Assembly (NCBI GenBank): GCA_045047115.1
Contig: JASFYR010000009.1
Location: 64,001 to 128,000, forward strand
DNA from: Sulfurospirillum sp.
GTDB lineage: Bacteria > Campylobacterota > Campylobacteria > Campylobacterales > Sulfurospirillaceae
DNA length: 64,000 nt
Reading direction: 5' to 3'
Positions 17,485 to 27,687 of the stretch are shown piece after piece. The translations under genes were made by a program, and so were the position numbers. Below the pieces are notes generated by a model. That model searched no databases. It saw only the letters and a list, made by a program, of their open reading frames with translations, and was not told the origin of the DNA. Position 1 is the first letter of the stretch, and every line of letters starts with the position of its first letter.

Positions 17485-18965
17485 GAGTCTTCTTGATGTA
17501 TGAAAACAAAGATTTTGTGGTTGATGAAAATTTACCAAAAAATGCTGATACGCTTATGAGTGATTTAGAGTTGAAGCCTCTGTTGGACTGTATGTCAAAA
17601 GAGGATGAATTCTTGTATGCTGTTTCAAAAAAAGCTCTGCTTTGCAGTCTGAAATCAAGAAGAAAAATCAGCTATCGCCAAGAGATATTAAAAGACTGTA
17701 TGAAAAATCCAGCTGTTACAAAAGAGCTGTATAAACTCACGATAAAATCGCTTGCAAAGAAACAGGAGAGTTGGCTTGGAGTTTTTGGCAGATACCCGGG
17801 ATCACTGCTTAGCAGTAGTGTCTCTTTGCTTGATATGTACTTTGAGCTCCTTGAAGAGTTGAGAAAAATCACAGATGAAAATATGCAAAATTTTAACTCA
17901 AGCGGATTCCAAAGATTTTTTAAGATGATTCAAAAAGAGTTGGATAATGAGTATCTTTTGCTTGTCAAAAAACATCTAAAAGAGTTGAAATTTAAAAAGG
18001 GAGTACTGCTTAGTGCAAAGCTCGGCGTGGCAAATGAGGGTGTGGACTATAGATTAAGAAGGAATAAATTAGCAACAAAAAGTTGGCTGGGAAAAATCTT
18101 GACTCCAAAGTCAAAAGAGTACTCTTTTTCACTGCATCCAAGGGACGATGCCGGGGCAAAGATACTTAGAAATCTCAGAGATGAGGGCTTAAACAAGATA
18201 GCAAATTTGCTTAGTTGTTCAGCTACCCATATAGATAATTTTTTCACTTCACTAAGAAAAGAGTTGGCTTTTTATGTAGGTTGTATGAATTTGCAGAAAA
18301 AATTGCAAGAGTTAAATTGTAACTTTGTATTTCCTGGTGTTAGATCTTTGGAGGATAAGGTTTTTTTCTCAAAAGAATTATATGATATCTCGCTTGCACT
18401 CATTAAAAATGCAAAAATCGTGGGAAATGATATAAAAGCCGATGCCAAACTGTTTTTTATAACAGGTGCAAATCAAGGGGGAAAATCAACATTTTTAAGA
18501 AGTGTAGGTCAAGCTCAACTGATGCTGCAATGCGGTATGTTTACATCAGCCCTTAGTTTTGAGGCTACTCTATGCAGCGGAGTCTTTACTCACTTTAAAA
18601 AAGAGGAAGATAGAGCTATGAAGAGTGGAAAATTCGACGAAGAGTTGGCAAGGATGAACGACATAGTGGAGTCCATCAAATCAAATGCCTTAATTTTATT
18701 TAATGAATCCTTCGCTTCAACAAATGAGATAGAGGGTTCATTGATAGCTTCGCAAATCATAGAAGCATTGGTAGAAAAAAATATCAAAGTTTTTTTTGTA
18801 ACCCACATGTATTTCCTTGCAGAAAATTTTTACAAAAAAAAGATGAAAAGTACACTCTTCCTAAGAGCAAATCGAGGCAAAGAGGGTAAAAGAAACTTCA
18901 AAATCACTCCTGCTTCACCACTCACAACAAGTTTTGCCAAAGATATATATGACTCTATCTTTTAA
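17481..18965 (+). CDS. MutS-related ATPase, subunit B (MutS4-like), translationally coupled to subunit A
   Basis: ATGA overlap; ITGANQGGKSTFLRS, FTHFKKEED, SGKFDEELARM, ILFNESFASTN, FFVTH. Confidence 0.85.
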   Translation: MRVFLMYENKDFVVDENLPKNADTLMSDLELKPLLDCMSKEDEFLYAVSKKALLCSLKSRRKISYRQEILKDCMKNPAVTKELYKLTIKSLAKKQESWLGVFGRYPGSLLSSSVSLLDMYFELLEELRKITDENMQNFNSSGFQRFFKMIQKELDNEYLLLVKKHLKELKFKKGVLLSAKLGVANEGVDYRLRRNKLATKSWLGKILTPKSKEYSFSLHPRDDAGAKILRNLRDEGLNKIANLLSCSATHIDNFFTSLRKELAFYVGCMNLQKKLQELNCNFVFPGVRSLEDKVFFSKELYDISLALIKNAKIVGNDIKADAKLFFITGANQGGKSTFLRSVGQAQLMLQCGMFTSALSFEATLCSGVFTHFKKEEDRAMKSGKFDEELARMNDIVESIKSNALILFNESFASTNEIEGSLIASQIIEALVEKNIKVFFVTHMYFLAENFYKKKMKSTLFLRANRGKEGKRNFKITPASPLTTSFAKDIYDSIF

Positions 18966-19005
18966 GCACGATTTTTGTAGAATAAAAATAAAAAAAAGAT
19001 AACTT

Positions 19006-22000
19006 ATGGAATTTACACATTTACATTTACATACTGAATATTCATTGCTTGACGGTGCTAATAAGATAGAAAAATTAGCCGATGAATTAAAGGCTCAAGG
19101 TGTCAAATCAGTTGCTATCACGGATCACGGCAATATGTTTGGGGCAATTGATTTTTATAAGACTATGCGAAGTGTTGGTATAAAGCCAATAATTGGTATG
19201 GAAGCCTATATACACAATCAAGATGATATAGCCGATAAGACAACTAAACAAAGGTTTCATTTAACACTTTTGGCAAAAAATGAAACAGGCTATAAAAATT
19301 TGATGTATCTATCAAGCCAGAGCTATATACATGGTTTTTACTACTATCCCCGTATAAATAAAAAGATGTTAAGGGAACACAGTGAGGGACTTATCTGTTC
19401 ATCTGCTTGTTTACAAGGTGAGGTAAATTGGCACTTAAATACAAACAATCCAAAAAATGTTCAATTTGGTGCAAAAGGGTTTGAGAGAGCAAAAGAGGTT
19501 GCGCTTGAGTATAAAGAGATATTTGGAGATGATTTTTATCTTGAATTGATGAGACATGGTATAAATGACCAGCTTTTCATTGATAACAGTACACTCAGAA
19601 TTTCAAAAGAGACTGATATAAAAATTATAGCAACCAACGATACGCACTACCTAAAATCAGACAATGCAGAAGCACATGAGGCTTTTATGTGTATAGCTAT
19701 GAATAAAGAGTTTGATGACCCAAATCGTCTGCGTCACTCAGTACATGAGTTTTATCTAAAATCGCCACAAGAGATAAGCGAACTTTATGTCGATATACCT
19801 GAAGCCATAGAGAATACTCAAGAGATAGTCCAAAAGTGTAACTTAGAGATAAAGTTAGGAGATCCAACTCCACCAAAATTTAAATTTACAAAAGAGTATG
19901 CAAAAGCCGAGGGGTTGGATATAGATAATGATGATGAATTTTTTAGATACCAGTGTGAAGAAGGTTTAAAAGATAGGCTAGAGCTCGTAGATGAAAGTTT
20001 GCACGAAGAGTATAAAAAAAGACTTAAAAGAGAGATGGATGTAATTTGCGGCATGAAATTTCCAGGCTATATGCTGATAGTTTGGGATTTTATACGAGAG
20101 GCGAAGAAAAGAGCAGTACCTGTGGGACCAGGCAGAGGAAGTGCAGCTGGGAGTTTGGTAGCATATTCACTCAAGATTACTGATATTGATCCAATGAAGT
20201 ATGATTTGCTTTTTGAGAGATTTTTAAACCCTGAGAGAGTGAGTATGCCGGATATCGATATTGATTTTTGTCAGAGTAGAAGAGGGGAGATTATCGATTA
20301 TGTGGTGCAAAAGTATGGCAGATACAATGTTGCCCAAGTCATCACTTTTGGTAAGCTTTTAGCAAAGGGAGTCATCAGGGATGTTGCCAGAGTTTTGGGT
20401 GTAGAGTATGCAAAGGCCGATAAGATGGCAAAACTTATACCCGATGAGCTTGGCATCACACTAAACGGCAAGATGAAAAATGGAAAAAAAGTTGACGGTG
20501 CTTTTCAAAAAGAGGAGAAGTTAAGAAAATGGATAGAGGAAGATCCTCAAATAGCCAGAGTTTGGAAGTTTGCCCTTGCTCTTGAGGGTTTGAATCGTAA
20601 CTCAGGTATGCATGCAGCGGGAGTTGTCATAAGCGATGAGGAACTTTGGCACAAAACTCCACTATATAAGCCCTCAGGTGAAGACCAGCAACTCGTTACT
20701 CAATACTCACTAAACTATCTTGAAGATGTGGATTTGATAAAATTTGACTTTTTGGGCTTGAAAACTCTTACTGTTATAGACAATGCACTTAAACTCATAA
20801 AAAGAAGATATGATAAAGATATAGATTTTAATACCCTTGATGTAAATGACCCTGAAATCTATAAGCTGATTCAAAGCGGTCACACTATAGGACTGTTTCA
20901 AATAGAATCCAGTGGAATGCAATCTTTAAATGAGAGACTAAAGCCGACAGCATTTGAAGATTTGGTAGCGGTTTTGGCTCTGTATCGTCCGGGTCCGATG
21001 GAATCAGGTATGCTAGATGATTTTATAGATAGAAAGCACGGAGTAAAAGAGATAGACTACTTTTATGATGAGTTTACAGAGCCGCTTGAGCCGATACTAA
21101 AGCCAACTTACGGAGTTATCGTCTATCAAGAACAGGTTATGCAGATAGTGCAGACCATAGGCGGCTTTAGTCTTGGTAAAGCAGATATTGTTAGAAGGGC
21201 CATGGGTAAGAAAAAGTTTGACTTGATGAAAAAGTATAAGGAGGAATTTGCAAACGGAGCAAAAGAGCAGGGCTACAAATACGAGCATGCTATGGAGCTT
21301 TTTGAGTTAATAGAGAAGTTTGCAGGATACGGTTTTAATAAATCCCACTCGGCAGCTTATGCGATGATCACTTTTCAGACCGCTTATCTGAAGTGCTACT
21401 ATCCGCAAGAGTTTATGGCAGCACTCTTGACAAGTGAACAGGACAATACAGACAAAATAGTAAAATATATAGATGAGGTCAAACGACTTGGCATAAAACT
21501 CTCCCCCCCAAATGTTAGAAAGAGTATGATTGAATTTACGGCTATAAAAGATGATGAGGGCGAAGAAACTATACTTTTTGGTTTAGGAGCATTAAAGGGT
21601 ATGGGCTCTTCTGCTATCACAAAAATTCTTGAAGCTAGAGAAGATGGCGGATTTGAAGATTTGGATGATTTTCTTTCTAAAATAGATACTTCAAAAGTAA
21701 ACAAAAGAGTTATAGAATCACTGATAAAATCAGGTAGTTTCGATGGTTTCTCTTATACCAGGAGGGCTTTGTTAGATAATATAGAGAAGATTGTAGATAC
21801 TGCGGGCGAATGTGCGAGAGCCAAAAAGATGGCAGAAAATTCACTTTTCGGTGATGATAAAGAGCTAATAGCTCTACATGTAGAGATAGATAATATTGCT
21901 GAATTTGACATGAAAAAAGTACTTGAGTTTGAGAAAGAGACTATGGGATTTTATGTCTCCGGTCATCCGCTAGATGAGTTTAGAGCAGAGATTGACGAGA

Positions 22001-22539
22001 TAGATTATACGCTATCGAGTGAAGTTGAAAATCTGGGTGACGGTAGTACGGCACTGTTTATCGGCAAAGTGGAAGAGATAGTAGAAAAAATCAGCAAAAA
22101 AGGAAATAAATTTGCGATTTTAAATCTTATGGACTTTCATGGCAATATTGAGATAACACTATTTTCAAAACATTTAGATAAGATACAAAACATGAACAAA
22201 GAAGAGCCAATATGTCTAAAAGTTGCAGTTTCAAGAGATGATAGAGGCATAAACAAAAGAGTCCTTAAAATTTTGGATTTAAAAGATGCCAAAAAAGAGA
22301 AGACGGACACAAAAACCATAGAAATTCCATCAGAACCAAAGACTCTCATTATAGACTTTAGTAAAGATAGCAGGATTTTGGACGATGTTTATAGGCTAGT
22401 AAGAGAAAATCCGGGAAACAGACCATTAAAACTTGTGATTTCCTCAAAACTCCAAGATGTAGTCATAGAGACATTTTTAAAAGTTTCAGACGAGATAGAT
22501 GATAAGATAAAAGAGATAGAAGAGGTAAAAGTAGCCTAA
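19006..22539 (+). CDS. dnaE: DNA polymerase III alpha subunit
   Basis: PHP domain HLHLHTEYSLLDG, GPGRGSAAGS, MPDIDIDF, KFDFLGL, YGFNKSH. Confidence 0.98.
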   Translation: MEFTHLHLHTEYSLLDGANKIEKLADELKAQGVKSVAITDHGNMFGAIDFYKTMRSVGIKPIIGMEAYIHNQDDIADKTTKQRFHLTLLAKNETGYKNLMYLSSQSYIHGFYYYPRINKKMLREHSEGLICSSACLQGEVNWHLNTNNPKNVQFGAKGFERAKEVALEYKEIFGDDFYLELMRHGINDQLFIDNSTLRISKETDIKIIATNDTHYLKSDNAEAHEAFMCIAMNKEFDDPNRLRHSVHEFYLKSPQEISELYVDIPEAIENTQEIVQKCNLEIKLGDPTPPKFKFTKEYAKAEGLDIDNDDEFFRYQCEEGLKDRLELVDESLHEEYKKRLKREMDVICGMKFPGYMLIVWDFIREAKKRAVPVGPGRGSAAGSLVAYSLKITDIDPMKYDLLFERFLNPERVSMPDIDIDFCQSRRGEIIDYVVQKYGRYNVAQVITFGKLLAKGVIRDVARVLGVEYAKADKMAKLIPDELGITLNGKMKNGKKVDGAFQKEEKLRKWIEEDPQIARVWKFALALEGLNRNSGMHAAGVVISDEELWHKTPLYKPSGEDQQLVTQYSLNYLEDVDLIKFDFLGLKTLTVIDNALKLIKRRYDKDIDFNTLDVNDPEIYKLIQSGHTIGLFQIESSGMQSLNERLKPTAFEDLVAVLALYRPGPMESGMLDDFIDRKHGVKEIDYFYDEFTEPLEPILKPTYGVIVYQEQVMQIVQTIGGFSLGKADIVRRAMGKKKFDLMKKYKEEFANGAKEQGYKYEHAMELFELIEKFAGYGFNKSHSAAYAMITFQTAYLKCYYPQEFMAALLTSEQDNTDKIVKYIDEVKRLGIKLSPPNVRKSMIEFTAIKDDEGEETILFGLGALKGMGSSAITKILEAREDGGFEDLDDFLSKIDTSKVNKRVIESLIKSGSFDGFSYTRRALLDNIEKIVDTAGECARAKKMAENSLFGDDKELIALHVEIDNIAEFDMKKVLEFEKETMGFYVSGHPLDEFRAEIDEIDYTLSSEVENLGDGSTALFIGKVEEIVEKISKKGNKFAILNLMDFHGNIEITLFSKHLDKIQNMNKEEPICLKVAVSRDDRGINKRVLKILDLKDAKKEKTDTKTIEIPSEPKTLIIDFSKDSRILDDVYRLVRENPGNRPLKLVISSKLQDVVIETFLKVSDEIDDKIKEIEEVKVA

Positions 22540-23114
22540 AATGATGGCGGCGTGATAGCGCTTATGTATGAGGCTCTTTGGTTACTTCTGTTTTCTATTT
22601 TATGTGGAACTTCTGGGTTAAATCTTATGCTGTCTCCCTCGTTTAAAGTGTAATTGAGTCCACCGATCTGGATCTCTATGGTACCGCTGAGTACAAAATC
22701 GCACTCCTCCCCGCCTTTTGTGTGTGGGAGTGCATCGTCTGTGACTCTGCCGGCTTCGAGTTCAACCAATACAAACTCAATATCTCCTTGAAGATCCGGT
22801 GTTAGCATTTCGCATTTGTACAATGGGTCAGGAAAGGAGATTTTTCTTCTTTCATTTTTTCTAACTATATGAAAAGATTCATAACTATTTTGTTGTTTCA
22901 AATCTTCTTTGTTTTCAAAAAGAGATGCCAAAGTAGTGTTTAAAACTTTTGCAATTTTTCTAAGAGTTTCGACCGAGCCCTGGGTTGAGCCTCTTTCAAG
23001 TTGAGAAATCATACCTGCGGTTATCTTTGCTTTTTTAGCCAACTCTTTTGTGCTTATACCCTTGGCAACTCTAAGTTTTTTTATTTTCTCTCCGATGTTG
23101 AAGTTCTCTTCCAT
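22536..23114 (-). CDS. XRE-family HTH/cupin transcriptional regulator (PuuR-like)
   Basis: N-terminal HTH (ISQLERG..SVETLRKIA) and C-terminal cupin (H..GEECDFVLSG..EGDSIRF..PH). Confidence 0.9.
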   Translation of the reverse strand: MEENFNIGEKIKKLRVAKGISTKELAKKAKITAGMISQLERGSTQGSVETLRKIAKVLNTTLASLFENKEDLKQQNSYESFHIVRKNERRKISFPDPLYKCEMLTPDLQGDIEFVLVELEAGRVTDDALPHTKGGEECDFVLSGTIEIQIGGLNYTLNEGDSIRFNPEVPHKIENRSNQRASYISAITPPSF

Positions 23115-23163
23115 CTTTATATCCTTCTTTTGGTAACATAATTATACCAAAATATATAAATTA

Positions 23164-23238
23164 TTTAATAATATTAAAGTTATATTGTTTTTTATGCAAT
23201 ATTTAGTTAATATTATTAAATAATTTAATAGTATTAAA
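23164..23238. promoter_or_regulatory. Three copies of the palindrome TTTAATA-N-TATTAAA, candidate operators of the XRE regulator
   Basis: TTTAATAATATTAAA (23164), GTTAATATTATTAAA (23206), TTTAATAGTATTAAA (23224) in the divergent intergenic region. Confidence 0.55.
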
Positions 23239-23247
23239 GGATTTGTT

Positions 23248-24354
23248 ATGAAAATAGGTCTTATCAAAGAGATAAAGGTTCATGAGTACAGAGTTGGTCT
23301 TACACCTGATTGTGTTGCTTCGTACACTAGTGCTGGCCACACCGTATATGTAGAAAAAGGAGCAGGTGAAGGGGCGGGTTTTGGCGACGAAGAGTATGTC
23401 GATAAAGGCGGGATTATTGTAGATGAAAAGAAAAAAATCTTTGATGACTCAAATATGATTGTTAAGGTCAAAGAGCCTCTTCCACAGGAATATGATTTTT
23501 TCACAGAGGGGCAAATTCTCTATACATACCTACACCTTGCAGCTGATCCGAAACAGGCAAAAGCACTGATGGACAAAAAGGTAAAAGCAGTTGCCTATGA
23601 GACTATCACAGACAGTAACGGTCACTTACCATGTCTGACTCCGATGAGCGAGATAGCAGGGAGACTTGCCACTCAAGAGGGCGCAAAATATCTCGAAAAG
23701 CCTTTTGGTGGAAGAGGAGTTTTGCTAGGTGGAGTTCCGGGAGTTAAAAGAGGCAATGTTGTAATTATTGGTGGCGGTATAGTAGGTATGAATGCCTGTA
23801 AGATGGCTGTTGGACTTGGCGCAAATGTTACTATATTGGATATTGCAGCCGATAGATTAGCGTATTATGATGATATTTTTGGTTCGCAGGTCACTACACT
23901 CTACTCAAACAGGACAAATATACTAAATGCTATAAAAGAAGCAGATTTGGTTATAGGTGCTGTTTTGATTCCAGGAGCTGCTGCACCAAAACTTGTCTTG
24001 GAAGATGATCTGAAACTGATGAAAAAAGCCTCCGTTATCGTGGATGTGGCAATTGATCAAGGTGGATGTTTTGAGACTTCGCATGCTACATATCATGATA
24101 ATCCAACATATACAGTAAATGGTGTAGTGCACTATTGCGTAGCAAATATGCCAGGAGCTGTATCTTTGACTTCTACCTTGGCGCTTACCTCAAATACTCT
24201 AAGATATGGATTGGCAATAGCTAGTAAAGGCTTGGAAAAAGCACTCAGTGAAGATAAAAATCTTCTAAATGGTTTAAATGTTTATGAGGGAAAATGCACA
24301 AACAAAGCTGTAGCAAGAAGTTTGGGTATAGAATATGAAGAGATAAAATTCTAA
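23248..24354 (+). CDS. ald: Alanine dehydrogenase
   Basis: [54 protein letters not shown]. Confidence 0.97.
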   Translation: MKIGLIKEIKVHEYRVGLTPDCVASYTSAGHTVYVEKGAGEGAGFGDEEYVDKGGIIVDEKKKIFDDSNMIVKVKEPLPQEYDFFTEGQILYTYLHLAADPKQAKALMDKKVKAVAYETITDSNGHLPCLTPMSEIAGRLATQEGAKYLEKPFGGRGVLLGGVPGVKRGNVVIIGGGIVGMNACKMAVGLGANVTILDIAADRLAYYDDIFGSQVTTLYSNRTNILNAIKEADLVIGAVLIPGAAAPKLVLEDDLKLMKKASVIVDVAIDQGGCFETSHATYHDNPTYTVNGVVHYCVANMPGAVSLTSTLALTSNTLRYGLAIASKGLEKALSEDKNLLNGLNVYEGKCTNKAVARSLGIEYEEIKF

Positions 24355-24362
24355 ATATTATG

Positions 24363-24387
24363 GATATGGGCTTATACAGCCCGTATC
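24363..24387. terminator. Hairpin between convergent ald and CBS genes
   Basis: GATATGGGCT-N5-AGCCCGTATC. Confidence 0.55.
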
Positions 24388-24785
24388 TACTCGATATCTT
24401 TTAAATAGTTTTCCATAACATCAGTCATGGTTAGAATTCCCTCTATCTCATTGTTGTCAACAACAAGGAGTCTTTTTACATTGCCTCTGACCATTAGTTG
24501 AACTGCATATTTTACATCTAATTGCTGCGATATTTGATATGCGGGTTTTGTGCAGACATCATAAACTCTAAGCAGGTCAATATCTTCATCATTTGCTATG
24601 ATTGAAAAAAGAATATTTTTATAAGTTAAGATCCCATAAGCATCACTTGGTCTGATTTTATCCACTATGAGTGACTTTACTTTTCTGTCTCTCATTTGCT
24701 TAAGAGCCTCTCTTAGCGGCGCCATTGGTGAGATTATCGCCAAATTTCCTTTGCACATTATATCTTTGACAAGTTTATAGTTCAT
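24387..24785 (-). CDS. Stand-alone tandem CBS-domain protein
   Basis: VKDIM, SLIV..AYGILT and KRLLVVDNNEIEGILTMTD; likely start MNYKL at 24785. Confidence 0.88.
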   Translation of the reverse strand: MNYKLVKDIMCKGNLAIISPMAPLREALKQMRDRKVKSLIVDKIRPSDAYGILTYKNILFSIIANDEDIDLLRVYDVCTKPAYQISQQLDVKYAVQLMVRGNVKRLLVVDNNEIEGILTMTDVMENYLKDIE

Positions 24786-25128
24786 CTTCAACCTCCTTTT
24801 CAAAAAGTTCTATCTCGTCTGTGTCGAGTCCAGCTAAGTGAGTTAGGCTAAAAGTAAAAATTATACCGTTTTTATTTTCTTTGCTGTCCAATCTAAGCTC
24901 CTTCTTTAGCATTTTAAATATAGAGATAGATATCTTTTTAGGCAAAATAAATAGAAGAATTGAGACATTCTCTTCTAAAGTCAGTCCAAAAAAGACCTTC
25001 TTCTCTTCTAATCCTATATTTTTTCCATGCAGTATCGTTACGCTTCCCGCTCCTGCCTTTTTTGCTAGTTCTATAACTTTTTCTTCCTGTGCATCCGGGA
25101 TTATCGCACATAGAGTGATAAATTGCAT
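24775..25128 (-). CDS. P-II-like regulatory protein
   Basis: AKKAGAGSVTILHG and NGIIF P-II-like signature; ATG at 25128 follows AAGGAG. Confidence 0.75.
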   Translation of the reverse strand: MQFITLCAIIPDAQEEKVIELAKKAGAGSVTILHGKNIGLEEKKVFFGLTLEENVSILLFILPKKISISIFKMLKKELRLDSKENKNGIIFTFSLTHLAGLDTDEIELFEKEVEDEL

Positions 25129-25129
25129 A

Positions 25130-26626
25130 CTATTTTCTCCTTTTTGATATTTGTGTTGCCAGGATTCCATATCCCATAACTGTGATCATAGGAAACAGCG
25201 AAGCAAAGGCTATCAAGCCAAAGCCATCTATAAGTGGACTTCTACCTTCTATATTTTGTGCCAGCCCCAGACCAAGAGCTGCAACAAGTGGAACTGTGAC
25301 GGTTGAAGTCGTAACCCCACCGCTATCGTATGCTATGGGGATGATGTATTTTGGCGCAAAGTATGTCATAATGATAACTAAAACATATCCTGTAATGATA
25401 TAGTACATGATAGAATCTCCCTGTACTATCCTGTAGGCTCCCAAAGATATACCGATTGCCACACCAATTGCAACAGATACTCTTAGTGTCGTACTGTTTA
25501 TATTTCCCTCGCTTATCTCATATGCTTTTGTAGCTATGGCAATTAGAGCCGGTTCTGCCATAGTGGTTGAAAAACCTATAAGAAATCCAAATAGATATAT
25601 AAGTAGATTGTTTCCCATACCTGTCAGTGAGAGTGCTAAATTCTCACCTATCGGAAAGAGCCCTAGTTCGAGTCCAAGTATAAAAGCATAGAGTCCGATA
25701 GCAACCAAAAAGATACCGCTGCTGACCTTTGGTAAATGCGGAATCGGTTTTTTGATGATGAGATACTGGAAAAAGCCTATAACTAACAGTATAGGTAAAA
25801 TATCTTTGGCGACATATAGAAAATCTATAAGAATCTTATAAAAACTGTATCTATTCTCTTGATTTATGATACTATTTACATCGACTGCTGTTTTGGTTAT
25901 GGTTTGTGCATCTAAAAAATTATATACAACTATGCCATAAATTTGCACAAAAATCATGGGCATTAACGATGCAAAAGCTATAAGTCCAAAGCCATCAATT
26001 GCAGGATTTCTACCCTTGATGCTTGATGCCAGCCCGATGCCCAAAGCGGCTACGAGGGGCACTGTTACGGTTGAAGTCGTAACTCCACCGCTATCATATG
26101 CAAGTCCAATGATTTGAGATGGGGCAAACAGTGTTGTGATGACGACTATAACATAACCAACGATTATATAGTAGTGCACAGGATGACCCAGAAGTATCCT
26201 GAAAACTCCTAGTGATATAGCAAAACCAACTGAAAATGCGACAGTTAATCGCAAAAAAAGAGCATCTATTCTTCCATCACTTATGAGAGATGCTTTATCT
26301 GCTATAGCTATCAAAGCAGGTTCGGCTATGGTTGTGGAAAAACCGATAAAAAATGCAAAAAGCAGAAGCCAAAAGAGTGATCCTTTTTTGGCAAAGTCGT
26401 TGGCTAAATTTTCTCCGACAGGAAATATGCCTATCTCTAAACCTCTTATAAATATAGCTAATCCAACTATAATAATCATAACACCTATGACGATTGAGAG
26501 TAGATTTTGAGGTATTTTAGCAATTATAAAGGTTTGAAAAAATGCTACTACTATAATAATTGGAATCATATCTTTGAAAGAGTTTTTTAGATCAGATAAA
26601 AAGATATGAATTTCGTTTTCAAACAA
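25130..26626 (-). CDS. Membrane protein with two fused DUF1538 domains
   Basis: Two copies each of GLE.G.FP.GE, TT.AEPALIAIA, AYDSGGVTTSTVTVPLVAALG and DGFGLIAFASL. Confidence 0.88.
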   Translation of the reverse strand: MFENEIHIFLSDLKNSFKDMIPIIIVVAFFQTFIIAKIPQNLLSIVIGVMIIIVGLAIFIRGLEIGIFPVGENLANDFAKKGSLFWLLLFAFFIGFSTTIAEPALIAIADKASLISDGRIDALFLRLTVAFSVGFAISLGVFRILLGHPVHYYIIVGYVIVVITTLFAPSQIIGLAYDSGGVTTSTVTVPLVAALGIGLASSIKGRNPAIDGFGLIAFASLMPMIFVQIYGIVVYNFLDAQTITKTAVDVNSIINQENRYSFYKILIDFLYVAKDILPILLVIGFFQYLIIKKPIPHLPKVSSGIFLVAIGLYAFILGLELGLFPIGENLALSLTGMGNNLLIYLFGFLIGFSTTMAEPALIAIATKAYEISEGNINSTTLRVSVAIGVAIGISLGAYRIVQGDSIMYYIITGYVLVIIMTYFAPKYIIPIAYDSGGVTTSTVTVPLVAALGLGLAQNIEGRSPLIDGFGLIAFASLFPMITVMGYGILATQISKRRK

Positions 26627-26627
26627 G

Positions 26628-27647
26628 TTATTTTCCCAGTTTTATATGGAACTCTTTGGGATTCTCTTTTATCTCTATGATTCCGTTATGAGCTTTTACA
26701 ATTTGCCAGGCAAGTGCTAATCCCAATCCGTTTCCTTTTGTTTTTGTAGTCTTAAACGGTTCAAAAAGTATGTCTGTATCTTCTATCTCTTTTCCACTGT
26801 CAAATATAGAAAAGATATGGTAATTTTTCTCTTTTTTATACTCTATTTTTATTTTACCATTTCCATTTTCACTCTCTTCTATGGCATCTATGGCATTAAA
26901 TACAAAGTTTTGAAAAACAAGACTTAAGAGTTCAAAATCACCCTCAATTTTGTCATTTGGCAAGTTGTATATAAACTCAATATCTTTGGAATAAGTATAA
27001 AAGGAGACCGATTGTTCAATCTCCTGAACTAAATCGTCCAAACAGAAGAGGTTTTTTTCTACATGTAAACCTTTGGTGAAAAGGAGTGTCGCTTTTATGA
27101 TTCTCTCAACTCTCCATATAGATTTTCTCATCTCAAGTACGATAGGTTTGGTTTTTATATCTACTTTTTTAAAAAGAGTAGATGCTAAAAGAGAGACTGA
27201 GCCTATGGGATTTCTTATTTCGTGAGAGAGATGAGCAGCTATTTGCCCCATGGATATGAGCCTTTCTTGTCTTTTTTCCTCAGTTATGTCAGTAGCACTT
27301 ATAATTGTTTTTTTTGCCTGTTTGACAATCTTGATAATAAAGTATAAATCTTTGTATTTTATCTCTTTTGAGTCTCTGTTTTTCAGTATAATCTTTAAGA
27401 GTCCATCTATTTTTTTTGCTTCCGAGTTTTGCAAAAAGAGATCACCATTCTCATCTATAACCCATAGAGCGTTTGGCTGAACTTCAATAATCTGCTCTAT
27501 GAAGTTTTGTAAAGAAGAGTATGAGGCGTTAAGTTTTTTGTACTCGCTCTCTATAACATAGGTTTGATTTATCAGATCATCGAGACCTTTCTTAAAGGCC
27601 TCTTTTTCACCGCTATTTAGAGAGTTAAGTAAGTTTTCATTTATCAT
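26628..27647 (-). CDS. flgS: Flagellar sensor histidine kinase FlgS
   Basis: 339 aa; LINQTYVIESEY N-terminus, HEIRNPIGS H-box, FEPFKTTKTKGNGLGLA; resembles recalled Campylobacter FlgS. Confidence 0.85.
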   Translation of the reverse strand: MINENLLNSLNSGEKEAFKKGLDDLINQTYVIESEYKKLNASYSSLQNFIEQIIEVQPNALWVIDENGDLFLQNSEAKKIDGLLKIILKNRDSKEIKYKDLYFIIKIVKQAKKTIISATDITEEKRQERLISMGQIAAHLSHEIRNPIGSVSLLASTLFKKVDIKTKPIVLEMRKSIWRVERIIKATLLFTKGLHVEKNLFCLDDLVQEIEQSVSFYTYSKDIEFIYNLPNDKIEGDFELLSLVFQNFVFNAIDAIEESENGNGKIKIEYKKEKNYHIFSIFDSGKEIEDTDILFEPFKTTKTKGNGLGLALAWQIVKAHNGIIEIKENPKEFHIKLGK

Positions 27648-27687
27648 GAGGGCATATCTTTTTTAGCCCCATTATACTAAATTTTTT

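Noticed and set aside
15955..18965. Canonical mutS or mutS2, or a frameshifted mutS pseudogene
   Set aside because: Each ORF has its own complete ATPase domain; no mismatch-binding or Smr domain is visible.
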